Of a stretch of 64,000 bases of DNA, positions 1-10,736 are shown one piece after another. The notes under the pieces were generated by a model that worked only from the letters and a program-made list of their open reading frames with translations, had not been told where the DNA came from and did not search any database. The position numbers were made by a program, and so were the translations under genes. The first letter of the stretch is position 1, and the number at the start of each line of letters is the position of its first letter. The DNA lies in NCBI GenBank assembly GCA_023230585.1, contig JALNXB010000003.1, forward strand, positions 22,060 to 86,059, given 5' to 3'. The DNA is from a bacterium. GTDB taxonomy: Bacteria; Ratteibacteria; UBA8468; B48-G9; JAFGKM01.

Positions 1-334
1 ATATAGGAATTTTATCTTTCTTGATTTGTAGTAAAGCTTCATTAAGAAGTTTAGACATATATCCTTTGCCTCTGTGTGGATACAAAGTAGCAACATTTCC
101 AATACCTGCACTCTTTATTGTCACATCTTTTAGTTGAAACGTTAAGGGAAATATTCTCACAAGCGAAACGATTATATTGTTATCTCTTACCAGCAATACA
201 TTACGAAAATCGGCATACTCTTTTTTCCAAAACTGAGGCCATCTTTGGGGAAACGATTCTCGAGAACTACCGTAAGCATCTTCTAAAAATTGTTTTACTT
301 CATTATATTGCGATAATTTTGCGTTTTCTATTTT
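1..334 (-). CDS. GNAT-family N-acetyltransferase, Eis-like (partial; C-terminus runs off window start)
   Basis: Reverse-strand translation from the ATG at 334 reads MKIENAKLSQYNEVKQFLEDAYGSS...ATLYPHRGKGYMSKLL. It is about 50% identical to the N-terminus of the downstream paralog (759..1895), including the GNAT acetyl-CoA motif RGKGYMSKLL. The RBS/5' leader is the same as that of the paralog. It is missing from the ORF track because it touches the window edge. Confidence 0.6.
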
Positions 335-394
335 CATTTTTTCCTCTCCTCCAATAATTTGCTTCTGCTTTCTTCTTATTCCTTTTTGTCATAC

Positions 395-660
395 AGAACT
401 TGTTTCAGGATCTATAATTTACCTCACATTGGTAATAGACGCAACGTAAAAAACGAGATTCCGGATCAAGTCCGGAATGACAAACAAGGGGGAATTCTCA
501 TCTCTTGTCCTTGCCTGCTAACAGCCCCTCCTCCTACGCTAAAATACAAGCTTCGGCGGACAAGCCTCATCCCATTAACCTCTCTGCAAACACCTAAGGA
601 TTACCTATACCTATAAGTCCCAAGGGTAGAGGGGAAAAAAGGGTAGTGAGTGAATGAACA
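395..660. repeat. Modular intergenic repeat, copy R1 (modules A, B, E)
   Basis: Contains the hairpin module aaaaacgagattccggatcaagtccggaatgacaaacaaggggg (inverted repeat attccgga/tccggaat), the module cctacgctaaaatacaagcttcggcggacaagcctcatcccattaacc, and cccaagggtagagg. The same modules recur at about 3540, 31800 (reverse complement), 49405, 60030 and 61340. Confidence 0.7.
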
Positions 661-758
661 CCACATACGTTTCTCTTTTATGCCTTTATCTTTATGAGCA
701 TTGTTTTTTGCACAACCTTTTCAACTCTATATTTAATTTCAAAAATTTAAGAATAACA

Positions 759-1895
759 TTAAATGTAGTCGGTTGGCCAAACAAAAATCTTAAAAGGAAG
801 AAAACTTCTTAGCAGGTTAAATACTTTTGAGTTTATATTAGAAGGAGCCCAGAAGGTAGAACCAAACAGTAGTCTTACCATATCATTTTCATTTAAAAAT
901 ATCTCATTTTTACCTTTACCTTCTTTGACAGAAACAATACCATCTGTTTTAGAAACAGTAACAGATTCCCTGCCTTTTATTGTAAAGGTTATCTCTTCTC
1001 CGTCAGGGAAACAGGCATCTGTTTGTCGTATAAAAAGGTTTAAGGTTTCTTTAAGGTCTATTATTTTTAACATTAAAAAAGTATGTTTTATATTCCAGGC
1101 AGAAGAAATATCAAGTAGATTTTTAGGAACTTCGTTTAAGGAAGGAAAAGGTAATGTGAAAGCAGATAAACTGAACCTTTCACTAAGATATTTCAAAATA
1201 CCGAGCAATAGTTCTGGGTTACCTCCAAACTCAAGGATATTTCCAGCACCAGAAGATTCGGTTGAAGGTAGAATCAGATAAGCAAACTCTTGATTATGAA
1301 AAGCGTAGTACGTAGCAGAACCTCTCCTGCTAGAAATATCAATAAATTCTTTCTTATTGCGTTCTCTTTTGTAGTTATTTGAATTGAAAGTCCTTATCAT
1401 CTCGTTCAAAGCAGGTTCTTCATAAAAAAACCTCTCTGTTTCTACTGATTTTATTCCAAACTTATTTAATCCTCGAGATTTGATCGACAATTCTACGCAA
1501 GTACCACAATTCTCATAACCAAAAAAACCGTACCTATGTCTATCTCCCCATAGAATAGATATCGGCATTTTTTTGCTATCCATCAACCTAAAAGACTCTT
1601 CTAAAAGTTTGGACATATACCCTTTACCTCTATGAGAATACAGGGTAGAAACGCTACCAATACCACCACTTTCTATTGTTACACCGTTCTGGTTGAGAGT
1701 TATAGGGAATACCCTTAAAAATGCTACTATACGGTTCTCCTCACTTATTAAAAGAGAGTTATCAAATTCTGTGTTTTCTTTTTGCCAAACCTCGAGCCAA
1801 CCTTCCTTAAAAGCCCCAGCAGAATGTCCATAAACCTCTTCAAGGAACTTTTGTAACTCTTCATATTGACAAGGTTTTGCTCTCTCTATTCTCAT
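759..1895 (-). CDS. GNAT-family N-acetyltransferase, Eis-like (GNAT domain plus C-terminal SCP2-like region)
   Basis: The ORF-track protein contains ...SVSTLYSHRGKGYMSKLLEESF..., a GNAT acetyl-CoA binding motif. Its ~380 aa length matches Eis-type enzymes. The likely true start is the internal MRIERAK Met (ATG at 1893-1895), preceded by ggaggagagg. The longer track ORF extends into the upstream repeat. Confidence 0.6.
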   Translation of the reverse strand: MRIERAKPCQYEELQKFLEEVYGHSAGAFKEGWLEVWQKENTEFDNSLLISEENRIVAFLRVFPITLNQNGVTIESGGIGSVSTLYSHRGKGYMSKLLEESFRLMDSKKMPISILWGDRHRYGFFGYENCGTCVELSIKSRGLNKFGIKSVETERFFYEEPALNEMIRTFNSNNYKRERNKKEFIDISSRRGSATYYAFHNQEFAYLILPSTESSGAGNILEFGGNPELLLGILKYLSERFSLSAFTLPFPSLNEVPKNLLDISSAWNIKHTFLMLKIIDLKETLNLFIRQTDACFPDGEEITFTIKGRESVTVSKTDGIVSVKEGKGKNEIFLNENDMVRLLFGSTFWAPSNINSKVFNLLRSFLPFKIFVWPTDYI

Positions 1896-1924
1896 TTTTC
1901 CTCTCCTCCAATAATTTGCTTCTA

Positions 1925-2110
1925 CTTCCTTCCCATTCCTTTTTCGTCGTTGCTTGTCATTGCGAGCCGAGTTTTGGCGTGGCAATTCCCCTCACAAATA
2001 CTATCGGGACAAGCCCTCGGGGGTACTCGGGATAAACTCATCTTTTATCCTTAAACTCGCAAAGACGGCAACAAGACGAAGACCCGACCTTCGTGATTAT
2101 TCCATACTGT
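1925..2110. repeat. Modular intergenic repeat, copy R2
   Basis: Contains gtcattgcgagccgagttttggcgtggcaat (module C in inverse orientation), gggacaagccctcgggggtactcgggataaa (module D) and ctcgcaaagacgg. Module D recurs at 58650, 60030, 50530 and 31965 (reverse complement). Confidence 0.6.
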
Positions 2111-2146
2111 TTTTACCTTCTCATTGTTTTTTGTACAACTAATAAT

Positions 2147-3460
2147 TTAAAAGTTCATCTGTAACTGCCATCTAAAAAATAGAGCGTTATCTCTGTCTGA
2201 AGCATAAAAATTTCCCGGCTTGAAATATTCAAGTAACATTAGACCATCTATATTTTTGTTAAACTTATGAAACAATTGTACCTGTCCCAGATGTCCTCTC
2301 TCTTTGCCTGTTCCAAAAAAGACTGCAGGCGCAGGGTTGTCGTTTGCCCTTAAATAATTGTAAGCAAGACAAAAACCTGTTTTATCTGTTATCTTCATAT
2401 CAGTTTTCGCTCGCCATATCTGCAAGTTTGTCCAATACCCAACCTCGTTCCTTTCTATAACTGAATGGAACACGTACAGTTCACTTAACCAGGGCCATTT
2501 TGAAAAGAGTGGGTTCCACCCTTTATCTTTATCTCCTGCATAAGGGTTACCATCGCCTGAAAGATAAGCATAACCAATATCAAGGGTAGGTGAAAGTTTT
2601 GCTTCTGTAAAAGCTCTTTTTAAGAAAATATAGCCACCTAAACCGCTCCTATCTCTGTTATCATCGTATTCACCAAACTGGTACGCAAGTTCGCCCCTTA
2701 AACTCCAAGGAGCAAAATTATAGACAGCCCTATTTCCAACAGTGTTAAGTTTAAGTTTTTCTATATAATTACCTGCTCTTGTATGAGCATCTTCAGTTTT
2801 ATGTATATAGTATGGTTCAACAGAGAGGTTATCATCTACCTTAAATTTACCGTAAAGAATAACTGCTCTTTCATCCATTTTAGGGTATATAATGTTTCTA
2901 TCTTGGTCGTTTATTAAAGGAAGGTATTCATCTTGATAAGTGTTCTGAGTGTATATAATATCAAGCGAGTTTTTTTCATCAAACCTTAGGGTAGCCTTTG
3001 CTGCGTTAAAATATAAAGACCTACCTCCATCGGAAGGAGTTCCATCCATTATTAAGAACCCTTCACCGTGGGTCATAAGAAAATCTTGTCGCCCTAACCT
3101 CAAATCGACAGGCATCCCAAAAGCGTTTTTAACATCAAGGTATAAGTTATCAAAAAATATTTCTTGATCTTTCAATTCTTTCCCACCCGACATCTGCCCG
3201 GTTGTACTCAAGTAATACTTAGGTTCTGTTGTAAGTTTTACAAACATATTCACATCATCAGAAAAATTCCATTTGCCCCAAACACTTGCTTTAAGACGAA
3301 AATAATTGTCATCACGCATTATATTGGCTTTATTAAAGTCAAACACATTCTCTACGCACTCTTGTCTGAGTCTTAAATAAAAACCGTAATCAAATACTCC
3401 GTCCGCAAAAACTGTGATAGAAAAACTCAAAAATACCAGAAGCAATTTAACTTTTCTCAT
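2147..3460 (-). CDS. Outer-membrane beta-barrel protein (alginate-export/porin-like), signal peptide
   Basis: N-terminal signal peptide MRKVKLLLVFLSFSITVFA. Composition is rich in Tyr/Gly/Asn/Asp with alternating amphipathic strands. The C-terminal residue is aromatic (ends ...WQLQMNF), the classic OMP beta-barrel signature. Confidence 0.5.
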   Translation of the reverse strand: MRKVKLLLVFLSFSITVFADGVFDYGFYLRLRQECVENVFDFNKANIMRDDNYFRLKASVWGKWNFSDDVNMFVKLTTEPKYYLSTTGQMSGGKELKDQEIFFDNLYLDVKNAFGMPVDLRLGRQDFLMTHGEGFLIMDGTPSDGGRSLYFNAAKATLRFDEKNSLDIIYTQNTYQDEYLPLINDQDRNIIYPKMDERAVILYGKFKVDDNLSVEPYYIHKTEDAHTRAGNYIEKLKLNTVGNRAVYNFAPWSLRGELAYQFGEYDDNRDRSGLGGYIFLKRAFTEAKLSPTLDIGYAYLSGDGNPYAGDKDKGWNPLFSKWPWLSELYVFHSVIERNEVGYWTNLQIWRAKTDMKITDKTGFCLAYNYLRANDNPAPAVFFGTGKERGHLGQVQLFHKFNKNIDGLMLLEYFKPGNFYASDRDNALFFRWQLQMNF

Positions 3461-3539
3461 TATTTCCCCTTTTTATAATAATGTTTTACCAAATTTGGAT
3501 ATTTACCCACTTTTACTTTTTCCTTTACATCCTATTTTG

Positions 3540-3775
3540 TCACCTCTATAGCGGTAGTGAAGACAAGATTCCGAAGCAAGTCCGGAATGACATACAAGGG
3601 GTAAAAGCACAAAGCCCCTCCACCTACGCTAAAATGCAAGCTTCGGCGGATAAACCTCATCCCATTAATCTCTTTGCAGACCCCTGAGGGCTCTCTATCC
3701 CAAGTACCTCAAAGGGGAGAAGGTAAAAAAGGGAAGGTGTATGCGCCGTAGTCCCAGAGTGAGTAGACACCCCAT
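3540..3775. repeat. Modular intergenic repeat, copy R3
   Basis: Contains tagcggtagtgaagacaagattccgaagcaagtccggaatgacatacaagggg (a variant of module A) and cctacgctaaaatgcaagcttcggcggataaacctcatcccattaatctctttgcagacc (module B), plus cccaagtacctcaaaggggagaagg. It is co-linear with copy R1. Confidence 0.7.
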
Positions 3776-3791
3776 ACTTTTTTACCTCTTT

Positions 3792-4217
3792 TTAGACATT
3801 AAAATTTTCAACACTTCTATAATTATTCTTCTTTAAAATATCTTCCGCTTTTTCTATATCTGTTGAAGCGACCTTAAGAATAAGGGCGGCTTTAACACCT
3901 TCATCCATTATAAATCCATAGGCGTCTTCTATGTTGATACCCTCATCCTCAAGAATTTTGGCAACCTTATGGAACGCCCCAACCTTATCGGGCATCTCCA
4001 CCACGACAACTTCTTGGAATGAAACAAGAAAATTTTCTTCTTTTAAAATAGCAAACGCTTTATCATTATCATCGGTTATCAATTTTATAATCCCAAAACT
4101 TCCGCTATCGGCTATTGTCATAGCCTTCATATTTATTTTGGATTTTTCAAGTATACCAGTTATTTTATTTATTTTACCAGGTTTATTTTCTACAAAAATA
4201 GAAATCTGTTTACCCAT
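3792..4217 (-). CDS. ACT-domain protein (tandem ACT domains)
   Basis: 141 aa. MGKQISIFVENKPGKINKITGILEKSKINMKA... follows the ACT beta-alpha-beta-beta-alpha-beta pattern, with a second ACT-like half. It lies immediately downstream of a paaK-like gene, the common paaK-ACT pairing. Confidence 0.6.
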   Translation of the reverse strand: MGKQISIFVENKPGKINKITGILEKSKINMKAMTIADSGSFGIIKLITDDNDKAFAILKEENFLVSFQEVVVVEMPDKVGAFHKVAKILEDEGINIEDAYGFIMDEGVKAALILKVASTDIEKAEDILKKNNYRSVENFNV

Positions 4218-4220
4218 TGT

Positions 4221-5516
4221 TCACAATCTCCTTTTATCTAATACTCTTTTGGCTTTACCAGTAGAGGTTGGAAGAGTACCAGGCTCAACAAGTTCAATCA
4301 CAGGGGTTACAAGAACCACTCTTCTCAAATTTTCTCTTAAAGTTTCTTGCAAATTTTTTAACTGTCTTAACTCACCTTTAAAATAAGTTTTCTGAATTTC
4401 AATCTGTATTAATAATATATCTAAACCTTCTTTTCTGTCAAGAATTATCATATAGTTCTTGTCTACTCCAGGCGTCTCCATCAGTACAGTTTCAATCTGA
4501 GAAGGAAAAATATTTACTCCTTTAACTATAAACATATCGTCGCTTCTACCTTTTATACGAGCTATCCTACGACATACCCGCCCACATTTACATCTACCAT
4601 TCAAGAATTTTGTTATGTCTTTTGTCCTATAACGAATAATAGGCATACCTTCTCTTTTGAGAGTGGTTAAAACAAGTTCGCCTTCTTCACCGTCAGGCAA
4701 AACCTCCCCGGTGATTGGGTCTATTATTTCTGCTAAATAGTTATCTTCCCAAAGGTGCATACCGTTTTGATGTTCACATTCAAAAGCAACACCAGGACCG
4801 TTCATCTCGGAAAGCCCATAACAGTTATGGACCTTTATATTAAATATCGTCTCCAGTTTTTTTCTGGTAGCTTCGGAGTATGACTCTGCGCCCATTATAG
4901 CTATCTTCAAGTCAAAACTTTTAGCAGGAGATAAACCTTTCTCTTCGAGAGCGTGCCCTAAATGTAAAAGATAACTTGGGGTGATATGGGCTACTGTTGT
5001 TTTAAGGTCTTTTAAAAAACTTATTTGTCTATCTGTATTTCCTGTGCCTATAGGTATAACCATAGCCCCTATTTTCTCTGCACCATAATGTAGCCCCAGC
5101 CCGCCAGTAAAAAGTCCGTAACTCATCATATTTTGAAAGATATCGGTTTTTCTTACCCCTGCAGAATATAATCCCCTTGCAACTAAATCTGCCCAGTTAT
5201 CAACATCCTTTTTTGTATGAAAAATAAGTGTAGATTTACCCGTAGTACCTGAAGAAGCGTGCATCCTAACAACATTGTCAAGAGAGGTTGCAAGCATCCC
5301 TGAAGGATAACTTTCTCTTAAATCGTCTTTAAAAGTGAAAGGATATTTTCTAATATCTTCCAATTCAACTATATGAGCATCCAATTTGTGTTTCTTAAAA
5401 AAACTTTTGTAATATACAGATTTATTCGCTGTTGAAACAGTTTTTTTTAATCTTTCCAGTTGAATGTTTTTCAACTCGTCTTCTAATATAATCTCTTCTT
5501 TCTCTTTCCAGTACAT
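4221..5516 (-). CDS. paaK: Phenylacetate-CoA ligase family (PaaK-like, AMP-forming)
   Basis: 431 aa, the length of PaaK. Contains the adenylate-forming motifs SSGTTGKSTL (P-loop-like) and YGLSE. Architecture matches the PaaK/F390-synthetase family. A paralog lies at 9411..10736. Confidence 0.8.
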   Translation of the reverse strand: MYWKEKEEIILEDELKNIQLERLKKTVSTANKSVYYKSFFKKHKLDAHIVELEDIRKYPFTFKDDLRESYPSGMLATSLDNVVRMHASSGTTGKSTLIFHTKKDVDNWADLVARGLYSAGVRKTDIFQNMMSYGLFTGGLGLHYGAEKIGAMVIPIGTGNTDRQISFLKDLKTTVAHITPSYLLHLGHALEEKGLSPAKSFDLKIAIMGAESYSEATRKKLETIFNIKVHNCYGLSEMNGPGVAFECEHQNGMHLWEDNYLAEIIDPITGEVLPDGEEGELVLTTLKREGMPIIRYRTKDITKFLNGRCKCGRVCRRIARIKGRSDDMFIVKGVNIFPSQIETVLMETPGVDKNYMIILDRKEGLDILLIQIEIQKTYFKGELRQLKNLQETLRENLRRVVLVTPVIELVEPGTLPTSTGKAKRVLDKRRL

Positions 5517-5581
5517 TATTTTCCTTTCTTTTACATAAATATCATAAAAATTATTTGCAATTTAATATATATATCATTCTT

Positions 5582-7108
5582 TCATCTAATAAACATACCT
5601 GTTTTACTTTCTTTAATAAGTTTTTTAGATGGTTTAGATGTAAATAAACTAACAATTACCATTACCAAAATTGATATTAAGAAAGCATAAAAACTAAAAT
5701 GGAACGGTAGAGGACTCTTAAATTTTGCGTACGCTCCAAAAACAAAAGCAAATATATACCCAGTAACCATAGACCATATAGCGCCGTGCTTATTGGCTCT
5801 CTTCCAATATAGTCCAAACAATATAGGAACAACAAATGTAGTTAACATTATTCCTATACCCATCCATATAAGCCACGCCAAAAGTGCAGGCGGGTTAATA
5901 GCAAGAAGAAAACTGATTAAGCCAAACACTATAACTGCCACCCTGCTTACAACAGTTACTTTTCTATCATTAGCATCTTTTTTGAACAACTGTTTATAAA
6001 AATCCCATCCACAACAGGTACCTATAACAAGCAATAACCTATCCGTTGTTGACATAACAGCAGCAAGTATGACCACAGCAAAAAAAGCCCAAGTAGCTCG
6101 AGGTAAAGCATATTTAATCCCAACAAGAAACGAATCGTCTGGTTTTTCTATTACAACAAGCCCGTTTTCAACTAGTGTTCTTACTGCCATCCCTGACATT
6201 TTAATCAGGTACATTATCATTATATACATAACAAAAACTAATAGAGGCGCCCACTTAAAATGTTTTTTATTTTTTACTGCTATAACATTGTTGACTATAT
6301 GAGGACCTGAACCAAGCCCAAAAGTCAACAAAAAGAAGAATGAGATAAGAAACAATGGTGTTGTGAAAGCATAACCAGGAACTGGTGGATGTGCCTGAGG
6401 ATAAGCAATTTTAAGCATATTAGGGTCTATATTTCCCATTGTTGTATTTATAGCAGACAACCCTCCTGCACTCTGTATTATAATAGGTGCTACAAGCAGA
6501 ACTCCAAAAAATATAATGAACCCTTGAAAAAGAGTTGTCCAGGAGACTGCATATAGCCCGCCAAGCAAAACGTAGATAACAACGATTACAGCCCCTATAA
6601 ACAATGCTTGAGTTTGAGGAATTCCAAGCAACCATTTTAAAACAATGGCTATTGCTGTATATTGCCCGACTAAATATATTAAAGAGGTTGTAAGAACAGC
6701 TATAGAAGAGATAGTTCTAACAACTTTAGGGCTTTCAAATCTGTATGCAAGATAATCTTGAAGGGTAAGAAACTTTTTATCTTTACATACTTCATATAAT
6801 TTATATCCGTAAAATATTATTGCTACAGCACAAGTGAGTGGAACAAAAATCTGTTCCCAAAAAGTTGGCCATCCTGCTATATATCCAAGCCCAGAAACAC
6901 CAAGAAGAGTCATCCCGCTTGTTGTAGAACCAAGTATAAGCATAACAAAAAGCCAAAAACCTAAATTTTTTCCTGCCGCTATATAATCTGAAGCAGTTTT
7001 AATCTTCTTACTTGAAACCATTCCAATAACAAGCATAAAAACAAGGTAAAGAACAACAACAATAATACTTCCTAATCCCATATTTCCACTGTCCATAAAT
7101 TCCTCCAA
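5582..7108 (-). CDS. Sodium:solute symporter family (SSF) transporter
   Basis: 508 aa with about 13 predicted TM helices. The N-terminal region matches the SSF signature (DYIAAGKNLGFWLF). A paralog lies at 7204..8762. Confidence 0.75.
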   Translation of the reverse strand: MEEFMDSGNMGLGSIIVVVLYLVFMLVIGMVSSKKIKTASDYIAAGKNLGFWLFVMLILGSTTSGMTLLGVSGLGYIAGWPTFWEQIFVPLTCAVAIIFYGYKLYEVCKDKKFLTLQDYLAYRFESPKVVRTISSIAVLTTSLIYLVGQYTAIAIVLKWLLGIPQTQALFIGAVIVVIYVLLGGLYAVSWTTLFQGFIIFFGVLLVAPIIIQSAGGLSAINTTMGNIDPNMLKIAYPQAHPPVPGYAFTTPLFLISFFFLLTFGLGSGPHIVNNVIAVKNKKHFKWAPLLVFVMYIMIMYLIKMSGMAVRTLVENGLVVIEKPDDSFLVGIKYALPRATWAFFAVVILAAVMSTTDRLLLVIGTCCGWDFYKQLFKKDANDRKVTVVSRVAVIVFGLISFLLAINPPALLAWLIWMGIGIMLTTFVVPILFGLYWKRANKHGAIWSMVTGYIFAFVFGAYAKFKSPLPFHFSFYAFLISILVMVIVSLFTSKPSKKLIKESKTGMFIR

Positions 7109-7203
7109 ATCTTTATTTAAATGTTAGAGCCCACCAGAGAAGCCAAACTATACCCGCTAACGGTAATACCAAAAAAAACATAAGAAAAGTCGATAAAGGC
7201 AAA

Positions 7204-8762
7204 TTAAACATTTTTCCCTCCAAATAGTTTCTTCAATGTTTCTTCAGAAACAGGTTTTGTCAATAAACTTACAACAAAATATACTACACCACAACCAATA
7301 AGAACTATAAACTCCAAAGTACCCATACCTATTTTATTTTGTGTTACAAATATACTACCAATTAAGGTTGAAACAACTCCATAAACCATACAAGCTATAG
7401 CCCCAGCAGCAGTAGCTCGTTTCCAATAAAATGAGACCGCTGTACAAAAGATAAAAATACCTCCCAACCCAATAGAAGCGTATCCCATAAATACGGCAAG
7501 TAAGGTGGAGTATTCTTAAATGCCCAGTAAAAAGGAATGAAAAGGAAAATACCTATAAACACTTTTGTCAGTTTTAATAAAGTGCTGGAAGATGTTTGAG
7601 GACGCCAAATATATATAATATCCCTTGTAACATTTCCTGCCATAACCATTATCATAGCAGAAAGAGTAGAAAGAGCAGCCGCAAAAACGCCTGTTACATA
7701 TAAAATCGTTAAAGGTTTTCCTCCTGCAACCATAGCAAGAAATGGAGCAGCAAGGTCCCCTTTCCAGGGGTTAATATTCAGCAACTCTTGACCAAAAACA
7801 GCTCTGCTACATAAACCTGTTATAGCATTAAGAAATATTGGAGGTCCAGCTACAAGAAAAACCATAAGGGTTACAAGAAAGAAATCTTTCTTATTCAATT
7901 TCTTCATACCTACAAATCTTGCCACATTATGGGGGAACCCGGTAGCCATAGTCAAAAATATAAAAAGAGTAGCGAGAACTCCAACAGGGCTTGAAAATAG
8001 TTGAGCATTACCTACCTTTGGCAAATCGTCTCTAATTAGATTAATAAGAGCTGGGTTTTCTGCTGCAAGTTTCATATTTAAAGCAGTCGGTCCCCCAACA
8101 AAAATAAGGGATACTATCCCAAGCGCAAAACAGGCAATTCCAAGTATAGCTCCCTGTATAGCAAGAGACCATTGTGTGCCAGTATAACCTCCAACCACCA
8201 TATATATAAAAACTACAACACCTGATATTAGAAGACACCATAACGCAGGAAGTTTTGTCACAGCATACCATATAGTTGCACCAGCTTTAAACTGACCAAC
8301 CGCGTAAAGAATCATAAAAAATATCATAATAAGAGCTGAAAGGGATTGCACCACTTTGCTGTCAAATCTTATGCAGAGCGCTTCAGAAACAGTTTTTGCC
8401 CCAAATTTCTGAGAATACATCTGCATTTTTTCCCCTGTAAAAAAAAGGCAAGGCATAATACCTACAATTGTCCATATACCTGCAAACCACATACCAGACC
8501 AACCAAAAGAATAAGTTATTCCCATCATTCCAAGAGCAGCCCACCCGCTTAACCAGGTTGCTCCAAGAGCAAGTCCGGTCACAATAGGACCTATATCATT
8601 ATGTCCTGACAAGAAAGATTCAAAAGATTTGGCCTGTTTTCTACTTAAAAATCCAACAGTAATACATACCAGCAACATTAAGCCAATACCGACAATTGCC
8701 CATAACGCATACGATTTATCAGGAGCAAGAAGGGTTTTTACTATATTGCTTGCCTCAATCAT
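7204..8762 (-). pseudogene. SSF transporter paralog interrupted by a frameshift (or sequencing error) near 7505-7520
   Basis: ORF 7395..8762 (455 aa) is SSF-like up to ...IPFYWAFKN, then becomes non-homologous. ORF 7204..7488 (94 aa, a different frame) reads ...FMGYASIGLGG...SFYWKRATAAGAIACMVYG, which aligns to the C-terminus of the neighbouring intact SSF (FGLYWKRANKHGAIWSMVTGY). The two ORFs overlap by about 95 nt. A single-base shift around gcatttaagaatactcc (rc) would fuse them into a protein of about 520 aa. Confidence 0.6.
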
Positions 8763-8922
8763 TTTTCCACCCCCTTATCCTTAAAATCAGCCCAACAATT
8801 GTGAATACTGTGCTTAATACAACAACAATCCACCATGTTGCCCAATTTTTGTCCATATATCTCCTTTGTCCCGTTTGTTACGAAAGTTTTAAGAAAAAAC
8901 GTCACAAGGTGTAATTAGTTTA

Positions 8923-9363
8923 TTATATTCTTTCTATATCCTCTCTTTCAAGAAGTTTTATGTTTTCTTCTCTTAATACTGTCGCAGCTTTTTCTGGTTC
9001 CTCCACCCTTACCACTACCAGAGCTTTGTCTCCTGATTTTTCTACAAATGCGTATATATATTCCACATTAACAGAGTTGCTCTCGAGAGGTTCTATTATA
9101 GCCAGAAGACCGCCAGGTTTATCTATAACTTCCGCAACAATCACAGGAGTAAGGTTTACAGAGATATTTTCATCTTTAAGAATTTCAACGGCTTTTTCTG
9201 TCTCTTGCACAATGAGTCTTAACATACCGTAATCTGATTTTTCAGCCAACGACATGGCTCTTATATTGATTTTATTTTTACTTAAAACAGCCAAAACTTC
9301 TTTAAGTCTACCCAACCTGTTTTCAAGAAAAACAGAGAGTTGCATAATAAACATATTCTTCAC
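8923..9363 (-). CDS. ACT-domain protein (tandem ACT domains), paralog of 3792..4217
   Basis: 146 aa. MKNMFIMQLSVFLENRLGRLKEVLAVLSKNKINIRAM... is the ACT pattern. Same gene order as the first cassette. Confidence 0.6.
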   Translation of the reverse strand: MKNMFIMQLSVFLENRLGRLKEVLAVLSKNKINIRAMSLAEKSDYGMLRLIVQETEKAVEILKDENISVNLTPVIVAEVIDKPGGLLAIIEPLESNSVNVEYIYAFVEKSGDKALVVVRVEEPEKAATVLREENIKLLEREDIERI

Positions 9364-9410
9364 CTCCTCCTATTGCTCATATTTTAAGGTGTTTGAAAGA
9401 TTTTTGTTTT

Positions 9411-10736
9411 TTATCTTTTATCTATAACTCTTTTGGCTTTACCTTCACTTCTTTGGATACTTTTTGGCTCTACAAGTTTAACTTTAACAGATATCCCGAG
9501 AGCACTTTCTATTTCTGAAACCATTTTTATTTCTAACGTCTCTAATTTTTTGATTTTATCAGAAAAAATATTTTCATTCATTTCTACCTGAACTTCCATT
9601 TTATCAAGGTACCTTTCTTTTGTTATAATAAGTTGATAATGGGGCGCAACTTCTGGCATATTCATTAAAACTGTTTCTATTTGAGATGGAAAAATATTGA
9701 CCCCTCTTATAATCAACATATCATCAATCCTACCTTTAATTTTACTTATCCTTGGCATTGTTCTACCGCAATGAGTACACGGTTGGTTAGTCAAAGTAAC
9801 AATATCTCCTGTTCTGTATCGTATCAACGGTAGAGCTTCTTTAGTAAGTGTTGTTATAACCAATTCTCCTTCTTCATCTTCTTCAAGAACCTGCCCTGTT
9901 GAAGGGTCGATAATTTCTGGATAAAAATGGTCTGCCCATATATGTAAACCTTCTTTACCTGCACACTCCATAGCAACGCCAGGACCTATAATTTCTGATA
10001 AACCGTATATATCGAGAGCCGTTATATTCCATTCTTTTTCTATCTGTTCTCTCATCCCTTCTGTCCAAGGTTCAGCACCTAAAATACCAACCTTAAGTTT
10101 AGTAGTAAAAGGGTTGAAACCGTATGCTCTCGCTTCTTCTGCCATAAAAAGCGAATATGAAGGAGTACAGGTTAAAGCCGTGCTACCAAAATCTTTCATT
10201 ACAGCAAGTTGCCTTTTTGTGCCACCAGCAGAAATAGGTATTACTGTTGCACCCAGTTCAAGTGCCCCGTAATGGACTCCCAACCCGCCGGTGAAAAGAC
10301 CGTATCCATAGGCGTTTTGTATTATATCGCCATTCCCAATATTGGCACAAACAAGAGACCTTGCCATAACCTCTGACCAGAGTTTAATATCTCTCTGAGT
10401 ATACCCTACAACAGTCATTTTACCAGTTGTACCCGTTGAAGCGTGTATTTCAAAAACTTCTCCCATAGGCACAGCAAAAAGAGAAAACGGGTAATGGTCT
10501 CTCAGCGTTGATTTGAGCGTAAAAGGTAAATATTGTAAATCTGAAAGACAAGAAAACTTTGAAATGTTTATCTTCTTTTCATCAAAAGATTTACTATAAA
10601 ATGGCACCTTTTCTGAAACGTACTTAACAACATCTTTTAGTCTCTCAATTTGTATTGCTTTTAATTGAGCAGAAGCAGCAATCTCAATATCTTTGTTAAA
10701 ATAGTTCATACCTTCTCCTATAATATTTCTTTGCAA
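9411..10736 (-). CDS. paaK: Phenylacetate-CoA ligase family (PaaK-like), second copy
   Basis: 441 aa. Contains [12 protein letters not shown] and [11 protein letters not shown], with the same domain order as 4221..5516. The copies have diverged (about 45-50% identity by eye). Confidence 0.8.
   Translation of the reverse strand: MQRNIIGEGMNYFNKDIEIAASAQLKAIQIERLKDVVKYVSEKVPFYSKSFDEKKINISKFSCLSDLQYLPFTLKSTLRDHYPFSLFAVPMGEVFEIHASTGTTGKMTVVGYTQRDIKLWSEVMARSLVCANIGNGDIIQNAYGYGLFTGGLGVHYGALELGATVIPISAGGTKRQLAVMKDFGSTALTCTPSYSLFMAEEARAYGFNPFTTKLKVGILGAEPWTEGMREQIEKEWNITALDIYGLSEIIGPGVAMECAGKEGLHIWADHFYPEIIDPSTGQVLEEDEEGELVITTLTKEALPLIRYRTGDIVTLTNQPCTHCGRTMPRISKIKGRIDDMLIIRGVNIFPSQIETVLMNMPEVAPHYQLIITKERYLDKMEVQVEMNENIFSDKIKKLETLEIKMVSEIESALGISVKVKLVEPKSIQRSEGKAKRVIDKR

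Noticed and set aside
118-616. Plus-strand ORFs 118..357 and 359..616 from the six-frame track
   Set aside because: 118..357 is antisense to the clearly homologous GNAT gene (1..334, minus strand). 359..616 lies wholly inside repeat copy R1 (modules A and B). Neither has support as a gene.
3481-3687. Plus-strand ORF 3481..3687 (68 aa), and the N-terminal part of 49666..50211
   Set aside because: Both are read-through of the repeat-family modules (they even share the peptide KQVRNDIQG/DQVRNDKQGG encoded by module A). They are repeat-encoded artefacts.
8041-8552. Small ORFs 8041..8271 (-) and 8346..8552 (+) within the SSF transporter gene
   Set aside because: They are overlapping out-of-frame or antisense ORFs inside a well-supported membrane transporter CDS.
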